From an uncultured Planctomycetota bacterium (GTDB lineage Bacteria; Planctomycetota; Planctomycetia; Isosphaerales; Isosphaeraceae): a stretch of DNA of 64,000 bases. Where the stretch lies: positions 608,001-672,000 of the forward strand of contig CAWJTV010000011.1 in assembly GCA_963845755.1 (NCBI GenBank), written 5' to 3'. Both the position numbers and the translations under genes were made by a program. Below the pieces are notes generated by a model, which was given only the letters and a program-made list of their open reading frames with translations, made no database searches and was not told the DNA's origin. This document shows positions 20,980-31,445 of the stretch, piece after piece. Positions within the stretch are counted from its first letter, which is position 1, and each line of letters begins with the position of its first letter.

Positions 20980-22961
20980 TCAATCCTTCGGCCTGACCGA
21001 GAAGGCAATGGCCTGGACTAGCTCGACGTCGGAGATCTCTTCGAGATACTCGCAGACCGCCAGGAGGGGCGCGGGGGCTTCGCGTTCGGAGCGTCGCCGG
21101 AGCTCACCGCGGGGGACGCTGGAGACCCGCTGGATCTCGCCGTCTTCGAAGCCCCAGACGCGGGAGACCCGATCGGGCGCGACGTGGCTCCAGGCGCTGA
21201 CGGAGGCCGTCCCTCCCGTTCCATCGGGCAAACGGCGGCAAGGATTTACGCGACGCGACGACCACGAACACTTGCAATCCGGGTCCGTCCGTCAAGCCGA
21301 AGGTCCCCGATGGGCCGAACGAGATGCTCGCCGATCGAGAGGGTGGATCGCTTTCCTTCGGGGGGCTGCACAACTGGACCATTCCGTCGGCGTTTAGGGC
21401 GATCAGATAACAGTAGGCCGGTGCGTCGAGCCGGGCGGTCAATCCCACTTCGTCACCGACCAGGATCGCCCGAGCGGATAAACCGAGCGGGCCGAACGAT
21501 TGCGGAGCGTCGCCGCGCAGGTGTTCGGTCTCGAAACTGACGGTCCTCAAGGGTGCGGCGGTGGCCGGCGAGATCACCATTCGTTCCGGCACCGACGATC
21601 GAGGCTGCGATCTCAGAGCCAGCAGCCAGGCGGCCAGTACTGCGAGTCCCATCAGGCCGGCCGCTGCGATCCGGCGCCGGGCGAGGAACCCGCGCAAGGC
21701 GCGTTCCAGCTCAAGGGCCGTTCGGTAGCGCCGCTCGGGATCGAGGGCCAGGGCTTTGTGGCAGATCCGCTCCATGGCGCGTGGCACGCGCCGGTTCAAC
21801 CTGGCGGACCGGGAGATACTCGGCGTTCAGCGCTTGCCGGAGCTTCGAGAAGCGCGAGAGCCCCCGGTAGAGCGGCTGGCTGGTCAGCAGGTGGTAGAGC
21901 AACCCACCCAGGCCGAAGACGTCGGTCAGGGGACCGATCCGATCGGCGCGGCCCTGCGCCTGCTCGGGACTCATGTAGGAGGCCGTACCGCCGGACCAGT
22001 CGACTGCGTCGTCGGACCAGGCGTGCCTCCAGCGAGCCAGGCCAAAGTCGATCAACCGAGGCCGGCCCTCAGAATCCATCAAGACGTTGCGCGGCTTGAT
22101 GTCCTGGTGGACGATCCCCCGATCGTGGAGGTAAGCGACGACCTGCGCCAGCTCGGCCACCAGCCGGGCCGCCTGTCGCGGAGCCGGCCGGTGAAGGCCG
22201 ACGAATTGCTCCAGGTTCAGACCGGGAACGTACAACATGACCATGTACGGCCGGCCTTCGTGGACGCCGAGATCATAGACTCGTACCAGGCCGGGATGGT
22301 CGCACTCGCATAAGAGCCGCGCTTCGTCAACCAACCGGTCATGTACGGGCGACATGGACTGGCACTCGACCCCTTGTTCGAGCGGCCGCTTGGCCAGCTT
22401 GAGGGCAAAGTTCTTGCACATCCACGGGTGGTGTACCAAGAAGACCTCGGCCTGACCCCCCGTATCCAGGCACGAGAGGACCAGGTACGTACCTATCCGT
22501 CGAGGCGGCTCGACGCCAGTGGCCGGGTTTGGCTCGCCCGGCGCCGACCCCGGTTCCTCGGAGCGCTCCTCCGAAGAACGGATTTCTCGTTCGCTGGATA
22601 CCAGCCCACCCAGCAAATCGCCCTCAACCGCTCTGGCCTGTTCGGGTTCGCCACGCTCGCCTGAGTTCGACGCGCGCGACTCAAGTCCCTGCTCGAAGGT
22701 TTCTAGCGCCCAGACCGTTTGGTCCTGCGAACCATCGCCGCTGATCCAGGACGACTGCCGCAGTTGGTGCAGTTGGTGCAGCACATCGAGGTCTCCGACA
22801 ATCGCCTCGTCGGAAAGGTCTCGATCGATCAGCCATTGGCGAGAGTCGGTCTCCAAATCGCGTTGCAGGTCCTCCCAGTATTCGTCCAGTAGCGCGGAGT
22901 AGTCCGGGTCCGAAATCGGGCCGTCACGCTCATCATGGTCAGATGATTGGCGATCCATCAT
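20980..22961 (-). CDS. Membrane Ser/Thr kinase with a C-terminal DUF4384-like domain; frameshifts near 21800 and 21195
   Basis: [76 protein letters not shown] overlap with the ECF stop. Confidence 0.8.
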
Positions 22962-23731
22962 GACCCGTCCTTCGCGATCGCGCGAAACAAGGGCTGTGCC
23001 TCGGCGATCCAGCGCGCGACGCACTCCTCCGACACCTGGAGCCGCTGCGCGATCTGCCTCGGATCAGCCCCCTGGAATCGATGGACGCCGATCGCGTCTT
23101 GCTGGTCAATGCGGAACCCGCGCCGGCTCATCAGCTCCTGTAACTGCATGGCCTCGCGGACACGACGGACCGCGCGGCAGTATCGTTGCCGCACCGCCGC
23201 TGGTGCGATCTCCAGATCGGCGGCGATTCTCTCGTGGCTCTGGCCTTCGAAGAGATGCAGGAAGATGATCGCCCGGTCCTCCTCGCGGCACCAGCTCGCG
23301 GCCAGAATCAGCCGATCGCATTCCTCGGCCCGCGCGAGCCGATCGGCCACGGACGTCGAAGAGCCGGCAAGCTCCTTCTGGTCGCTCCAGGCCGGATTGA
23401 CCGGCTTCTCCTGACCCACGTTCCGCCGTTGATTGTGCCAGTGCCGCAAGAGCTTGAGCAGCAGCTTGTCCTGGATGCGAGCGAGCCAGGTGTAGAATTC
23501 GCCAATGCTCTGGCCCTTGAATCGGTCGAACTGGATCGTGGCCCGAAGCAGAACCTTCTGGACCAAATCCGAGGCGTCTTCCTTGCAGTCCAGCTTCCGG
23601 GAGATTTGCTTCCCCGCGCTGCGGCGAAGTCCCGAGCGGCATGCCGCCATCCACTGGTTTAGGGTGGACGGACTCCTCTGACCTGCCTGCCTGATCGGCC
23701 CATTCAAGGGTCGCGCCGTCGATGATTCCAT
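22958..23731 (-). CDS. ECF (sigma-70 family) sigma factor, planctomycete type, with a C-terminal extension
   Basis: DASDLVQ...[13 protein letters not shown] (region 2); [27 protein letters not shown] (region 4); start codon uncertain. Confidence 0.8.
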   Translation of the reverse strand: MESSTARPLNGPIRQAGQRSPSTLNQWMAACRSGLRRSAGKQISRKLDCKEDASDLVQKVLLRATIQFDRFKGQSIGEFYTWLARIQDKLLLKLLRHWHNQRRNVGQEKPVNPAWSDQKELAGSSTSVADRLARAEECDRLILAASWCREEDRAIIFLHLFEGQSHERIAADLEIAPAAVRQRYCRAVRRVREAMQLQELMSRRGFRIDQQDAIGVHRFQGADPRQIAQRLQVSEECVARWIAEAQPLFRAIAKDGS

Positions 23732-24217
23732 GGGAGCATTCCCGTCCGGCCTGTCGCGGCGACTTCGCAATCTATTCCGAGTACCGAGCACGATCACGGT
23801 TGTGACGGAGCCGCTGAATCGCCGGCGCGATCTGGTCCCGGCGCCGTCCTCAGAGATTGGCATGCATTCGGGGATAATTCGTACACGTGAGTCGTTGAAT
23901 CCTGATCGACAATCCATGATCTCAGCTCGGGGATCTCAGTTCGGCGGAGATCGCAAGAATCGCTTTCTGGCCCTGTCACACTCTTCGCGAAAAGGGAGCT
24001 TACCCCCATGGAGGACGTGCGGTGTGTGTGACCAGAGGCCCGGCATGGACCCGACCCATTGGGCCGGCGAGGACCATCCCGCAGCCCACATTCCTGTGGC
24101 CCGAGGCGTTGATCACCACATGGTTTCTCGGAGGCAAAACCCGAGGAATCGCGACGGGAGTCATGAGATTCGAAACGAAGTCCGAACCCATTGGGTTCTG
24201 CCGACAAGGAGAAAAGC

Positions 24218-25039
24218 ATGAACATCCGACAGCTTTACCTCGTTCTTTGTCTAGTCTGCTGGATCGGGCTGGGTGATCTTGCCCTCGGCCATGCGCAAGG
24301 GGGTACGATTTCGCCGCTCACGCTCTATGATAGCGCGAATGCCCCATGGACCGTCACCTGGAACGACCCCAATGTCACCATCACAACGACTCCCGCTAAC
24401 GGGAGTACGCCTACTGCGCAAACCACGGCAATGCAACTGAACTATGCGTTCGCTCAACCCAACACCACTCCTCTCGTTCTCACATTCACTGAGGTGAATG
24501 TGGCAACCTCGAGCTACGGCGGCAAGAATGGAGACGGCACGGCTGGGCTCAACTTCAGGCTAACCGAAGCCTTGACCAATAATCTTCTCGACCCCATTGT
24601 CAGGATCAGCGAGGTGCTGAGAGATTCGGACATAATGCCCGATGCGAATAAGAATCTTGTCTACCTCACACGGGCCCAGGAAAACACCCTCTACACGAAC
24701 GGCAGTGCTCACCACCCGGGCTTTTCACACTTCCACACCTTGGGGGGGGCCAACTACGCTGGGTTCACGCCGAACCAATTCAACGGGACGAATGACCTCG
24801 AACTCACCAACGGAACGATCGCGGTCGGCGCCACGGCCACGATTGGTGCCTTCAAGATCCACGACATTGTTGTTGATCAATACAAAAGACAGTTCACGCT
24901 GACGGTCACGGCGGCGACTGCGAACCCGGAGCCGGCGTCGGTGATCATGCTGTCGATCGGAATGGCGTCGATCGTGGGATACACCTTTCAGCGGAGAAAG
25001 CGGGCACGTCTTGGAAACCGACCCAGTGAAACCGTGTGA
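24218..25039 (+). CDS. PEP-CTERM sorting-domain surface protein
   Basis: AAGGAG RBS; signal peptide; Thr/Asn-rich body; NPEPASVIMLSIGMASIVGYTFQRRKR tail. Confidence 0.88.
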   Translation: MNIRQLYLVLCLVCWIGLGDLALGHAQGGTISPLTLYDSANAPWTVTWNDPNVTITTTPANGSTPTAQTTAMQLNYAFAQPNTTPLVLTFTEVNVATSSYGGKNGDGTAGLNFRLTEALTNNLLDPIVRISEVLRDSDIMPDANKNLVYLTRAQENTLYTNGSAHHPGFSHFHTLGGANYAGFTPNQFNGTNDLELTNGTIAVGATATIGAFKIHDIVVDQYKRQFTLTVTAATANPEPASVIMLSIGMASIVGYTFQRRKRARLGNRPSETV

Positions 25040-25083
25040 TTCGCCCGAGTCATCGCGGCGCTGGGATTCTCTGGGGGCGTCGC

Positions 25084-25197
25084 CCTGCGGGCACCGCCCT
25101 CAGCCATCCCGACGACGACGTGAGCCGGAAGTGGGATGGCTTCCACCCTGGCGACGACATCAGCCGGAGTGGGGTGGCTGAGGGCGGTGCCCGCAGG
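25084..25197. repeat. Long inverted repeat between convergent genes (REP-like; possible terminator)
   Basis: CCTGCGGGCACCGCCCTCAGCCA ... TGGCTGAGGGCGGTGCCCGCAGG. Confidence 0.8.
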
Positions 25198-25359
25198 AGA
25201 GCCCGGCTCCGACAAGGACCGGGGCCTGCGGTCTCACGTTCCTCGACGGCGAGGAGCCTACGATACGGGTTCGCGTTCATTGCCCGAACGATGTCCGCGC
25301 GAACGTCGTCCACGTGCAGAAGTTTGCCCGCGCCGTACCCGTTCCCTGAGGCTCGTCGG

Positions 25360-26524
25360 TCATCGATTCGAGCCTGATGACGCCTCGATCTCCGCCCGCA
25401 AGGCGGTGATATCCTGAAGGATGGCCGGCAGCTCGTCCAGGGGGAACTGGGACTTGACGGCGCCGTTCCAGAAATGCCGCTTTGTTCATACCGTAGACGA
25501 CGGAGGTGAATTCGTCCTGGCCGAGCGTGAATCCTCCCGCGGCCAGGATGGCCTTGCAGCCGTCAACACCGTCGCGGCCCATGCCGGTCATGATGATGCC
25601 GACGGTCGCCGACTGGTAGACCCTGGCCGCCGCCTGGAACAACACGTCAATCGAGGGCCGATGCCCGCTGACTTCCGGGTCGTCGGTGATCACGGCCCGC
25701 ACCCGCGGCGGATGTCCCGTCAGGGCCAGGTGCCGGTCGCCCGGGGCGATCAAGATCTGATCGGGGAGCACCAGGTCGCCTTCCTGGGCCATCTTGACCT
25801 TGATCGAGTCGGGCGTGTGGCGATTGAGCCGCTCGGCGAAGGTCCTGTTGAACTCCGCCAGCATGTGCTGGACCAGGAGGATCGGCGGGAGCGGCGCGGT
25901 CAGCATCGGGAAGACCTGGCTGAGTGCCTGCGGGCCGCCGGTCGAGATCCCGATGACGATGCACGGGGCCGCCGCCGCAGCCGAGACCCGCCCCGGCTTC
26001 GTGCCCGGTGGACGCGACGCCGTCGTGGGCGATGTCGCGGTGGTTGCCCGGAGGGCGGCGCGGCGCGGGCGCCGGACCCGGCTCTGGGCGGCGCCCAGCA
26101 CCTTGGCGATGAGCAGGTCGCGGCTGGCGCGCATCTCCGCGAGCTGGTTCCGCTCGGGTTTGGGCAGGAAGTCGACCGCGCCCAGCTCCAGGGCCTGCAA
26201 GGTCACCTCGGCCCCTTCCTGCGTCAAGGCGCTGACCATCACCACCGGCACTTCGTGGACGGCTAGAATCGACGGCAGCGCGTCCAGGCCCGAGACCTCC
26301 GGCATCTCCACGTCCAGCGTGATCACGTCCGGCTTGAGCTTCAGCGCCTGGGCGACTGCCTCGCGGCCATCGCGCCCGTAGCCGGCGATCTCGATCTCCG
26401 GTGACCCGCTGAGTAGGTCTGACAAGAGCCGGCGCATCAACGCCGAATCGTCCACGATCAGCACGCGGACCTTGCCGCGGACCTCGTCGCTTTCCGGCAT
26501 CTGCTCGCGATCGGAAGTCGCCAT
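25360..26524 (-). CDS. cheB: Chemotaxis response regulator methylesterase; frameshift near 25467
   Basis: REC domain VLIVDDS/ITLDVEMP; IGISTGGP, VQHM, HRPSID, MTGMGRDG. Confidence 0.93.
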
Positions 26525-26572
26525 GGTGGGTCTCGTCTCGTCGGCGGCGATCCGCGATTGAAGAAGGACTCT

Positions 26573-26641
26573 CGATTCGAGATTCGAGATTCAGAGATTC
26601 GAGATTCAGAGATTCGAGATTCAAGATTCGAGATTCAAGAT
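26573..26641. repeat. Tandem heptamer/octamer array (GAGATTC/AAGATTC)n
   Basis: About nine GATTC-core units; degenerate inverse units TTGAATTTTGAATC at about 26673-26688. Confidence 0.85.
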
Positions 26642-26748
26642 CGATCGTTCTTATTTCAGCAGCCATCCGTATCTTGAATTTTGAATCTGTAGTCGAGGAT
26701 TCCCCCGATGCGCACGCAATGAGGCGTTCCTCCGGAAAAGGCTTCGAC

Positions 26749-27135
26749 TCACGTCGGCGCCGCCGGAGGCGGCCCGTCACCGCCCAGTTTGGCCAGCAGG
26801 TTGAGGACCCGCTGACGCTCGAACGGCTTGACGATGAAGTCGAATGCACCGTCACGAATCGATTCTATCAACGTCTGTTTCTGATCGAGCGCGGTAACCA
26901 CGACGACCTTCGCCTCCGGGTCGCTGGCGCGGATCAGGCGCAGGGCCTCCAAACCCCCCATCTCCGGCATGACGAGATCCATCGTCACCAGGTCGGGGCG
27001 GAGCTGCTTGTAAAGTGCCACGGCATCCACCCCATTGCCGGCCTCACCCACGACCTCCCAGCCGGCTTCGGCCGCTACGCCGGAGATCATCTTTCGCATG
27101 AACAGGGCGTCGTCGACAACCAGGAGACGTTTCAT
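26749..27135 (-). CDS. cheY: Chemotaxis response regulator
   Basis: Single REC domain: VVDDALFMR, VTMDLVMP, FIVKPF; inside the che cluster. Confidence 0.9.
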   Translation of the reverse strand: MKRLLVVDDALFMRKMISGVAAEAGWEVVGEAGNGVDAVALYKQLRPDLVTMDLVMPEMGGLEALRLIRASDPEAKVVVVTALDQKQTLIESIRDGAFDFIVKPFERQRVLNLLAKLGGDGPPPAAPT

Positions 27136-27193
27136 GGGCTCACCCCGTTGTATGGAAACCTGATGCGACTCGCTCGAGGATCTCGGCCTGGGG

Positions 27194-27586
27194 TTACTTC
27201 AAACTTCTTGTTAAGATCCAAAGTACCATCGCGCAGAGGGCGACCGCCACCATCAGGCACCTCAGGCGTACCCGGAGGAGCCATGGAAAAAACAGGGCGA
27301 CGATCGCGAGTACCGATCCGAATCCGGCGCCGCAGGCCGATCCCAGTCCCGCGCCGGTCTTGAGACCAGCCTGAGCGGGGCTCCATGAGGGAGGCGGAGG
27401 GTCGCCGTCCAGTGCATACAGGCCCCTCGCGATGCCCGGCGCGAAGACGCCGACGAGGAGACCGAGCGTCCCTCCGCACAGGCCGAATGCCAGGGCGGCG
27501 ACGGCGATGATTTCGAATGCGCGCCTCAAGATGGCGGCTCGACTCTCATTCAGAAGGATCTCCGGCACACCGTGGCTAGATCTCAT
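27194..27586 (-). CDS. Hypothetical small membrane protein inside the che cluster
   Basis: Three hydrophobic segments; overlaps the cheD stop; start uncertain. Confidence 0.5.
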   Translation of the reverse strand: MRSSHGVPEILLNESRAAILRRAFEIIAVAALAFGLCGGTLGLLVGVFAPGIARGLYALDGDPPPPSWSPAQAGLKTGAGLGSACGAGFGSVLAIVALFFPWLLRVRLRCLMVAVALCAMVLWILTRSLK

Positions 27587-28103
27587 ATTCAGATCCTCCC
27601 GGGACCTTGATCGCGATCATGCCCGAACTGGTGTCCAGGGTCAACCGGCGGCCGGCCGTGCCGCCGAGGTCGCGGGCCAGGATCGGGATCTTCCAGTCGC
27701 TCAGGATCTGCTCGATGGCCTCCTGGTTCCGCTGGCCGATATTGAGCGTGGAATTGACGTCGGGATTGAGCTGGAACATGCTAGCTCCGCCCGCGAGCTT
27801 GGCGGTCAGGCGCGTGCGGACCTTGGCACCGAGCCGACGCTCGAAGTCGGCAATCAGGGTGGGTATTGCCGTGTCGGCGTACTTGCCGGGATGATCGACC
27901 GCCCCTCGCGCCGAGGGGAGCACGACGTGGGCTAGACCCCCCAGCCTGGCAATCCGATCGTAGAGGACGACACCCACGCACGAGCCGAGGAGCGTCCGGA
28001 TCCGGGTCGGCGCGGCGGCGACGACCCATTGGCCGATCGCCACGGAGACGACCTCGAGGGATGCCGGCGGTTCGGTCGAGCGGGGGATCGGCACGGTCGC
28101 CAC
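27576..28103 (-). CDS. cheD: Chemoreceptor glutamine deamidase
   Basis: TLLGSCVGV, GGLAHVVLP, KYADTAI, AKLAGGASMF, IGQRN, DLGG..GR. Confidence 0.92.
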   Translation of the reverse strand: MATVPIPRSTEPPASLEVVSVAIGQWVVAAAPTRIRTLLGSCVGVVLYDRIARLGGLAHVVLPSARGAVDHPGKYADTAIPTLIADFERRLGAKVRTRLTAKLAGGASMFQLNPDVNSTLNIGQRNQEAIEQILSDWKIPILARDLGGTAGRRLTLDTSSGMIAIKVPGGSEYEI

Positions 28104-28104
28104 C

Positions 28105-28758
28105 TCACGGGGAATCGGGGGATTCGAGCCGGCCCAGCGACGTGGCCAGCGTCTCGAGCGCCGCACGGCTCGGGATGAACAACAGCGTCCAGTTGAGGTT
28201 CAGCCCTGGCCGATCCCCGGCGAAATCGCTACGGATCAGCAGGACCTGGTCCAGCTCCAGGGCCTGCTCCATCAGGGCAAACTCGAGCAGGCTGCCGGCA
28301 AATTCGTGCAAGAACGTCGGAGGCGTGGGGACCAGCTCGTCGGCGACGGACTCGCGGGCGCCGGGCAGGTGCGCCGCCAGCGCGTTGACGTACGCGCAGC
28401 CCACGATGTTGGTCGTCTCCTTGGCGGCCGACTGCTCGAGGTCGCCCCAGGACGTGGTCGTGCCGATCGGTTGGTGCATGAGCAGGTTGACCAGGGCCAG
28501 TCCCGAGCGGTCCTCGAACACCAGGAGGATCGAGCCGGTGAGCCGGCCGGTCAGCCCCATCGCGCAGGCCGCGACCAGGGCATCCGGAGGGCCCAGCAGG
28601 TCGGCCGCCCGATCCAGCTCGAGCAGGTCGACCTCGCTGATCGTCAGCCGGACCTCGGCGCCCAACCATTTCGAAAGCGCCAGCGACGCGGCCTCGGCGC
28701 CCCGGTCGAAGATCATCCGCAACAATCGACACTGGGCGTCCGTCAGGATGGGTTGCAT
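28105..28758 (-). CDS. cheC: CheC-family phosphatase
   Basis: GAEAASLALSKWLG; SAAKETTNIVGCAYVNAL (ExxN motif); lies between cheA and cheD. Confidence 0.85.
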   Translation of the reverse strand: MQPILTDAQCRLLRMIFDRGAEAASLALSKWLGAEVRLTISEVDLLELDRAADLLGPPDALVAACAMGLTGRLTGSILLVFEDRSGLALVNLLMHQPIGTTTSWGDLEQSAAKETTNIVGCAYVNALAAHLPGARESVADELVPTPPTFLHEFAGSLLEFALMEQALELDQVLLIRSDFAGDRPGLNLNWTLLFIPSRAALETLATSLGRLESPDSP

Positions 28759-28855
28759 GGGTTCTAACTTCGGATTATAGATTGTACATTCAAGATTCAA
28801 GATTCACCAAAATCCTGATGGAATGGGAGCCCGGAATTCGGTGTTGGGCCCTCCA

Positions 28856-31297
28856 TCATTCCCGCCGCCGGGCCGGCTGCCGGGCGACCATGTCGATCAC
28901 GGCGTCGAGGTCGAGGATCAGCGAGACGCGACCGTCGCCCAGGATGCTGGCTCCCGACAGTCCGGGGATGGACCGGTAGTTCTTCTCCAGCGATTTGAGC
29001 ACCACTTCTTGCATGCCGATCAACTGGTTGACCACGAGGCCGATGGTGGTCTCTCCGTTCTGCACGACGACGACGGTGCGCTTGTCGGTGCCGTCCTCGG
29101 ACGGATGGGAGCCGTTGCGCGCCGCGGGGTGGTCAATCCCGCCCCATCGGAAGACGTCGCCGAGCGCGACCAGGGCGACGATCTTCTTGCGGATCTCGAT
29201 GGCCGGCCGGCCCTGGACGCGGTAGATCTGGCCGGGGCGGATCTCGACGATCTCATCGATGTGATCCAGGGGGATGGCGTAGATCTCGTCGTAGATGCGC
29301 ACCAGCAGGCTGGACATGATGGCCAGGGTCAGGGGGAGCCGGATAGTGAACGTGGTCCCCTGTCCCTGGGCGCTGCGGACGTCGACGGCGCCGTTGAGGT
29401 TCTCGATCCGGCTCTTGACGATGTCCATGCCGACGCCGCGGCCAGAAATCTCGGTGATGGTCTCGGCGGTGCTGAGGCCCGGGTGCCAGATGTAGGTGAC
29501 CAGGTCGCGGTCGGACAGCTCGCCGGCCTCGGTCTTGCCGAGGATTCCCTTGGCGATGATCTTCTCGCGGATGCGCTCGCAGCTAATGCCGTGGCCGTCG
29601 TCGCTCACGGTGATCACGACGCTGTTGCCGCGGTGCGAGGCCAGGAGCGAGACGGTGCCGGCGCGGGGCTTGCCGGCCGCCTCGCGCCGATCGGGCGGCT
29701 CGAGCCCGTGGTCGACGGCGTTGCGGACCATGTGGATCAAGGGGTCGGAGAGCTCGTCGATCATCCGCTTGTCCAGCTCGGTCTTCTCGCCGCCGATCTG
29801 GAGGAGTACCTCCTTGCCCGAGGAGTGGCTGAGGTCGCGGATCACGCGACGGAAACGCTCGAAGAGCGGGCCGATCGGGACCATGCGCGTGTCGAGCACG
29901 CCTTTCTGCAATCCGTCGGAGACCCGGCCGAGGCTGTGGATCGCGTCGGCCAGCGCCTTGATCTGCTCGCGCGCCTCGCGGATCAGCATCAACTCGTCCT
30001 GGATGGCGCGGAAGTTCTCGCGGAGTCGGCGGACGTGGGCCGACCATCGGTCGGGCGAGCCGCCGGCGGACGTGGGCCCGGCGCCGGCCTTGAGGTCGGC
30101 CAGTCCGTCGAGACAGCGGGTGACGCTGTCGAGCCGCTCGCGGGTATCGGAGGCCAACGACTGGGCGTTGGAGCCGCGGAACAGCTCCTCCAGCCCCCGG
30201 GTGATCGCCACGAAACGGGCCTTGGTGATGACCAGCTCGCCGGCCAGGTTCATCAGGTGGTCGAGCCGGTCGCTCTCGACCCGGATCGTCTCGGCGACCC
30301 GCACTTTCTTCGGCCCGCCGGCCTTCGGTGCGCCGGGGGTCGGCTCACCGGCCGACGCGGCGCCAGCCGACGTGGGTATGCCCGGCTCGGGGAGCAGTGC
30401 CTCCGTGGGACTGGTCGCCGGGCTGGCCGCATCGTGGGGTGCTGGCTCGGGCTCGAGTTCGGCCGTCCTTTCGGTAACGACCCTCGCGGGCACCGATGGC
30501 GACTCGAGCGTTCTCGCGGGCCCGGACGCGGGCGGCAAATGGGAGGCTGTCACGTCACGCCCGGGCGGATCGGCCGATTGGATTCGTACCTGAGCCACTC
30601 CCTCGACATCGGCCAGGGCGCGCAGCTCCTCCATGCCACAATCGGCGACCAGGACGACCGTGAACCGCGAGAGCGGGTCGACCTCGTCAAGCCGCTCCGT
30701 GGGCGGGTCGGTGGAGACGACCCGGCCCCGGGAGGATAGCCGGTTCAAGACCAGCCGCGCCTTCATGTCGGCCAGCGGCAGGTTGGCTTCGAAGACGACC
30801 GTCACCGCGAGGCTGTTCTCCTCTTCGAACCTCCGCGTCGTCGGCGCCGGTGCCGGTATGGCGGCGGCTGTTGTGGTCGCCGACGGTGTCGGAGGGGTCG
30901 TTGTTGCCGTCGGCTTCAAGGCGGCCTCGACCTGCGCGGTCAGCCCCGAGAGGTCGACCTCGCTCTGACCCTGCGCTCGCAGGTCGCGATGATAATCCCT
31001 CAATTCATCGAGACAGCGGAATGTCAGGTCCAGGGCTGGACGGTCGAGTACCCGCTTCTTGCTCCGGAACTGTTCGAAGAGGCTCTCCATGTGATGAGTC
31101 AACCGATTGACCGGCTGGAACCCCATCACCACCGAGGCCCCCTTGATGCTGTGGAACATCCGGAAGGCTTCCTGCAAAGCCTTGGCGTCGGCCGGGTCTT
31201 GCTCCAGGCGCAAGAGCGCATCGTTGAGCCCGGCGATGTGCTCGTCGGTCTCGTCCAGGTAGAACGGCATCAGCTCGGCGATGTTGAATCCGGACAC
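28856..31297 (-). CDS. cheA: Chemotaxis histidine kinase
   Basis: Hpt FRMFHSIKGAS; LDHLMNLAGEL; HMVRNAVDHG, DDGHG, SGRGVGMDIV; C-terminal CheW-like domain; GTG start after GGGAGG. Confidence 0.95.
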   Translation of the reverse strand: MSGFNIAELMPFYLDETDEHIAGLNDALLRLEQDPADAKALQEAFRMFHSIKGASVVMGFQPVNRLTHHMESLFEQFRSKKRVLDRPALDLTFRCLDELRDYHRDLRAQGQSEVDLSGLTAQVEAALKPTATTTPPTPSATTTAAAIPAPAPTTRRFEEENSLAVTVVFEANLPLADMKARLVLNRLSSRGRVVSTDPPTERLDEVDPLSRFTVVLVADCGMEELRALADVEGVAQVRIQSADPPGRDVTASHLPPASGPARTLESPSVPARVVTERTAELEPEPAPHDAASPATSPTEALLPEPGIPTSAGAASAGEPTPGAPKAGGPKKVRVAETIRVESDRLDHLMNLAGELVITKARFVAITRGLEELFRGSNAQSLASDTRERLDSVTRCLDGLADLKAGAGPTSAGGSPDRWSAHVRRLRENFRAIQDELMLIREAREQIKALADAIHSLGRVSDGLQKGVLDTRMVPIGPLFERFRRVIRDLSHSSGKEVLLQIGGEKTELDKRMIDELSDPLIHMVRNAVDHGLEPPDRREAAGKPRAGTVSLLASHRGNSVVITVSDDGHGISCERIREKIIAKGILGKTEAGELSDRDLVTYIWHPGLSTAETITEISGRGVGMDIVKSRIENLNGAVDVRSAQGQGTTFTIRLPLTLAIMSSLLVRIYDEIYAIPLDHIDEIVEIRPGQIYRVQGRPAIEIRKKIVALVALGDVFRWGGIDHPAARNGSHPSEDGTDKRTVVVVQNGETTIGLVVNQLIGMQEVVLKSLEKNYRSIPGLSGASILGDGRVSLILDLDAVIDMVARQPARRRE

Positions 31298-31349
31298 GTC
31301 GTTCCCTCCCGGGTGTCGGGAGCCCTTCGGTCGTTCGTGTGTGGTCTCC

Positions 31350-31414
31350 GTAGGGTGCTCGGTGAGCACCGGCGAGGGCCGGACACGGGAATTGGTGCTT
31401 ACCGAGCACCCTGC
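31350..31414. repeat. GTAG-type REP doublet between cheR and cheA
   Basis: GTAGGGTGCTCGGTGAGCACC ... GGTGCTTACCGAGCACCCTGC. Confidence 0.85.
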
Positions 31415-31445
31415 AAGCCTGCGTGCAACCCAAGAGTACGCCGCG

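Noticed and set aside
28823..30739. 638-aa plus-strand ORF and similar long antisense ORFs (10682-12094, 50349-51605)
   Set aside because: Shadows of well-supported opposite-strand genes, as expected in high-GC DNA
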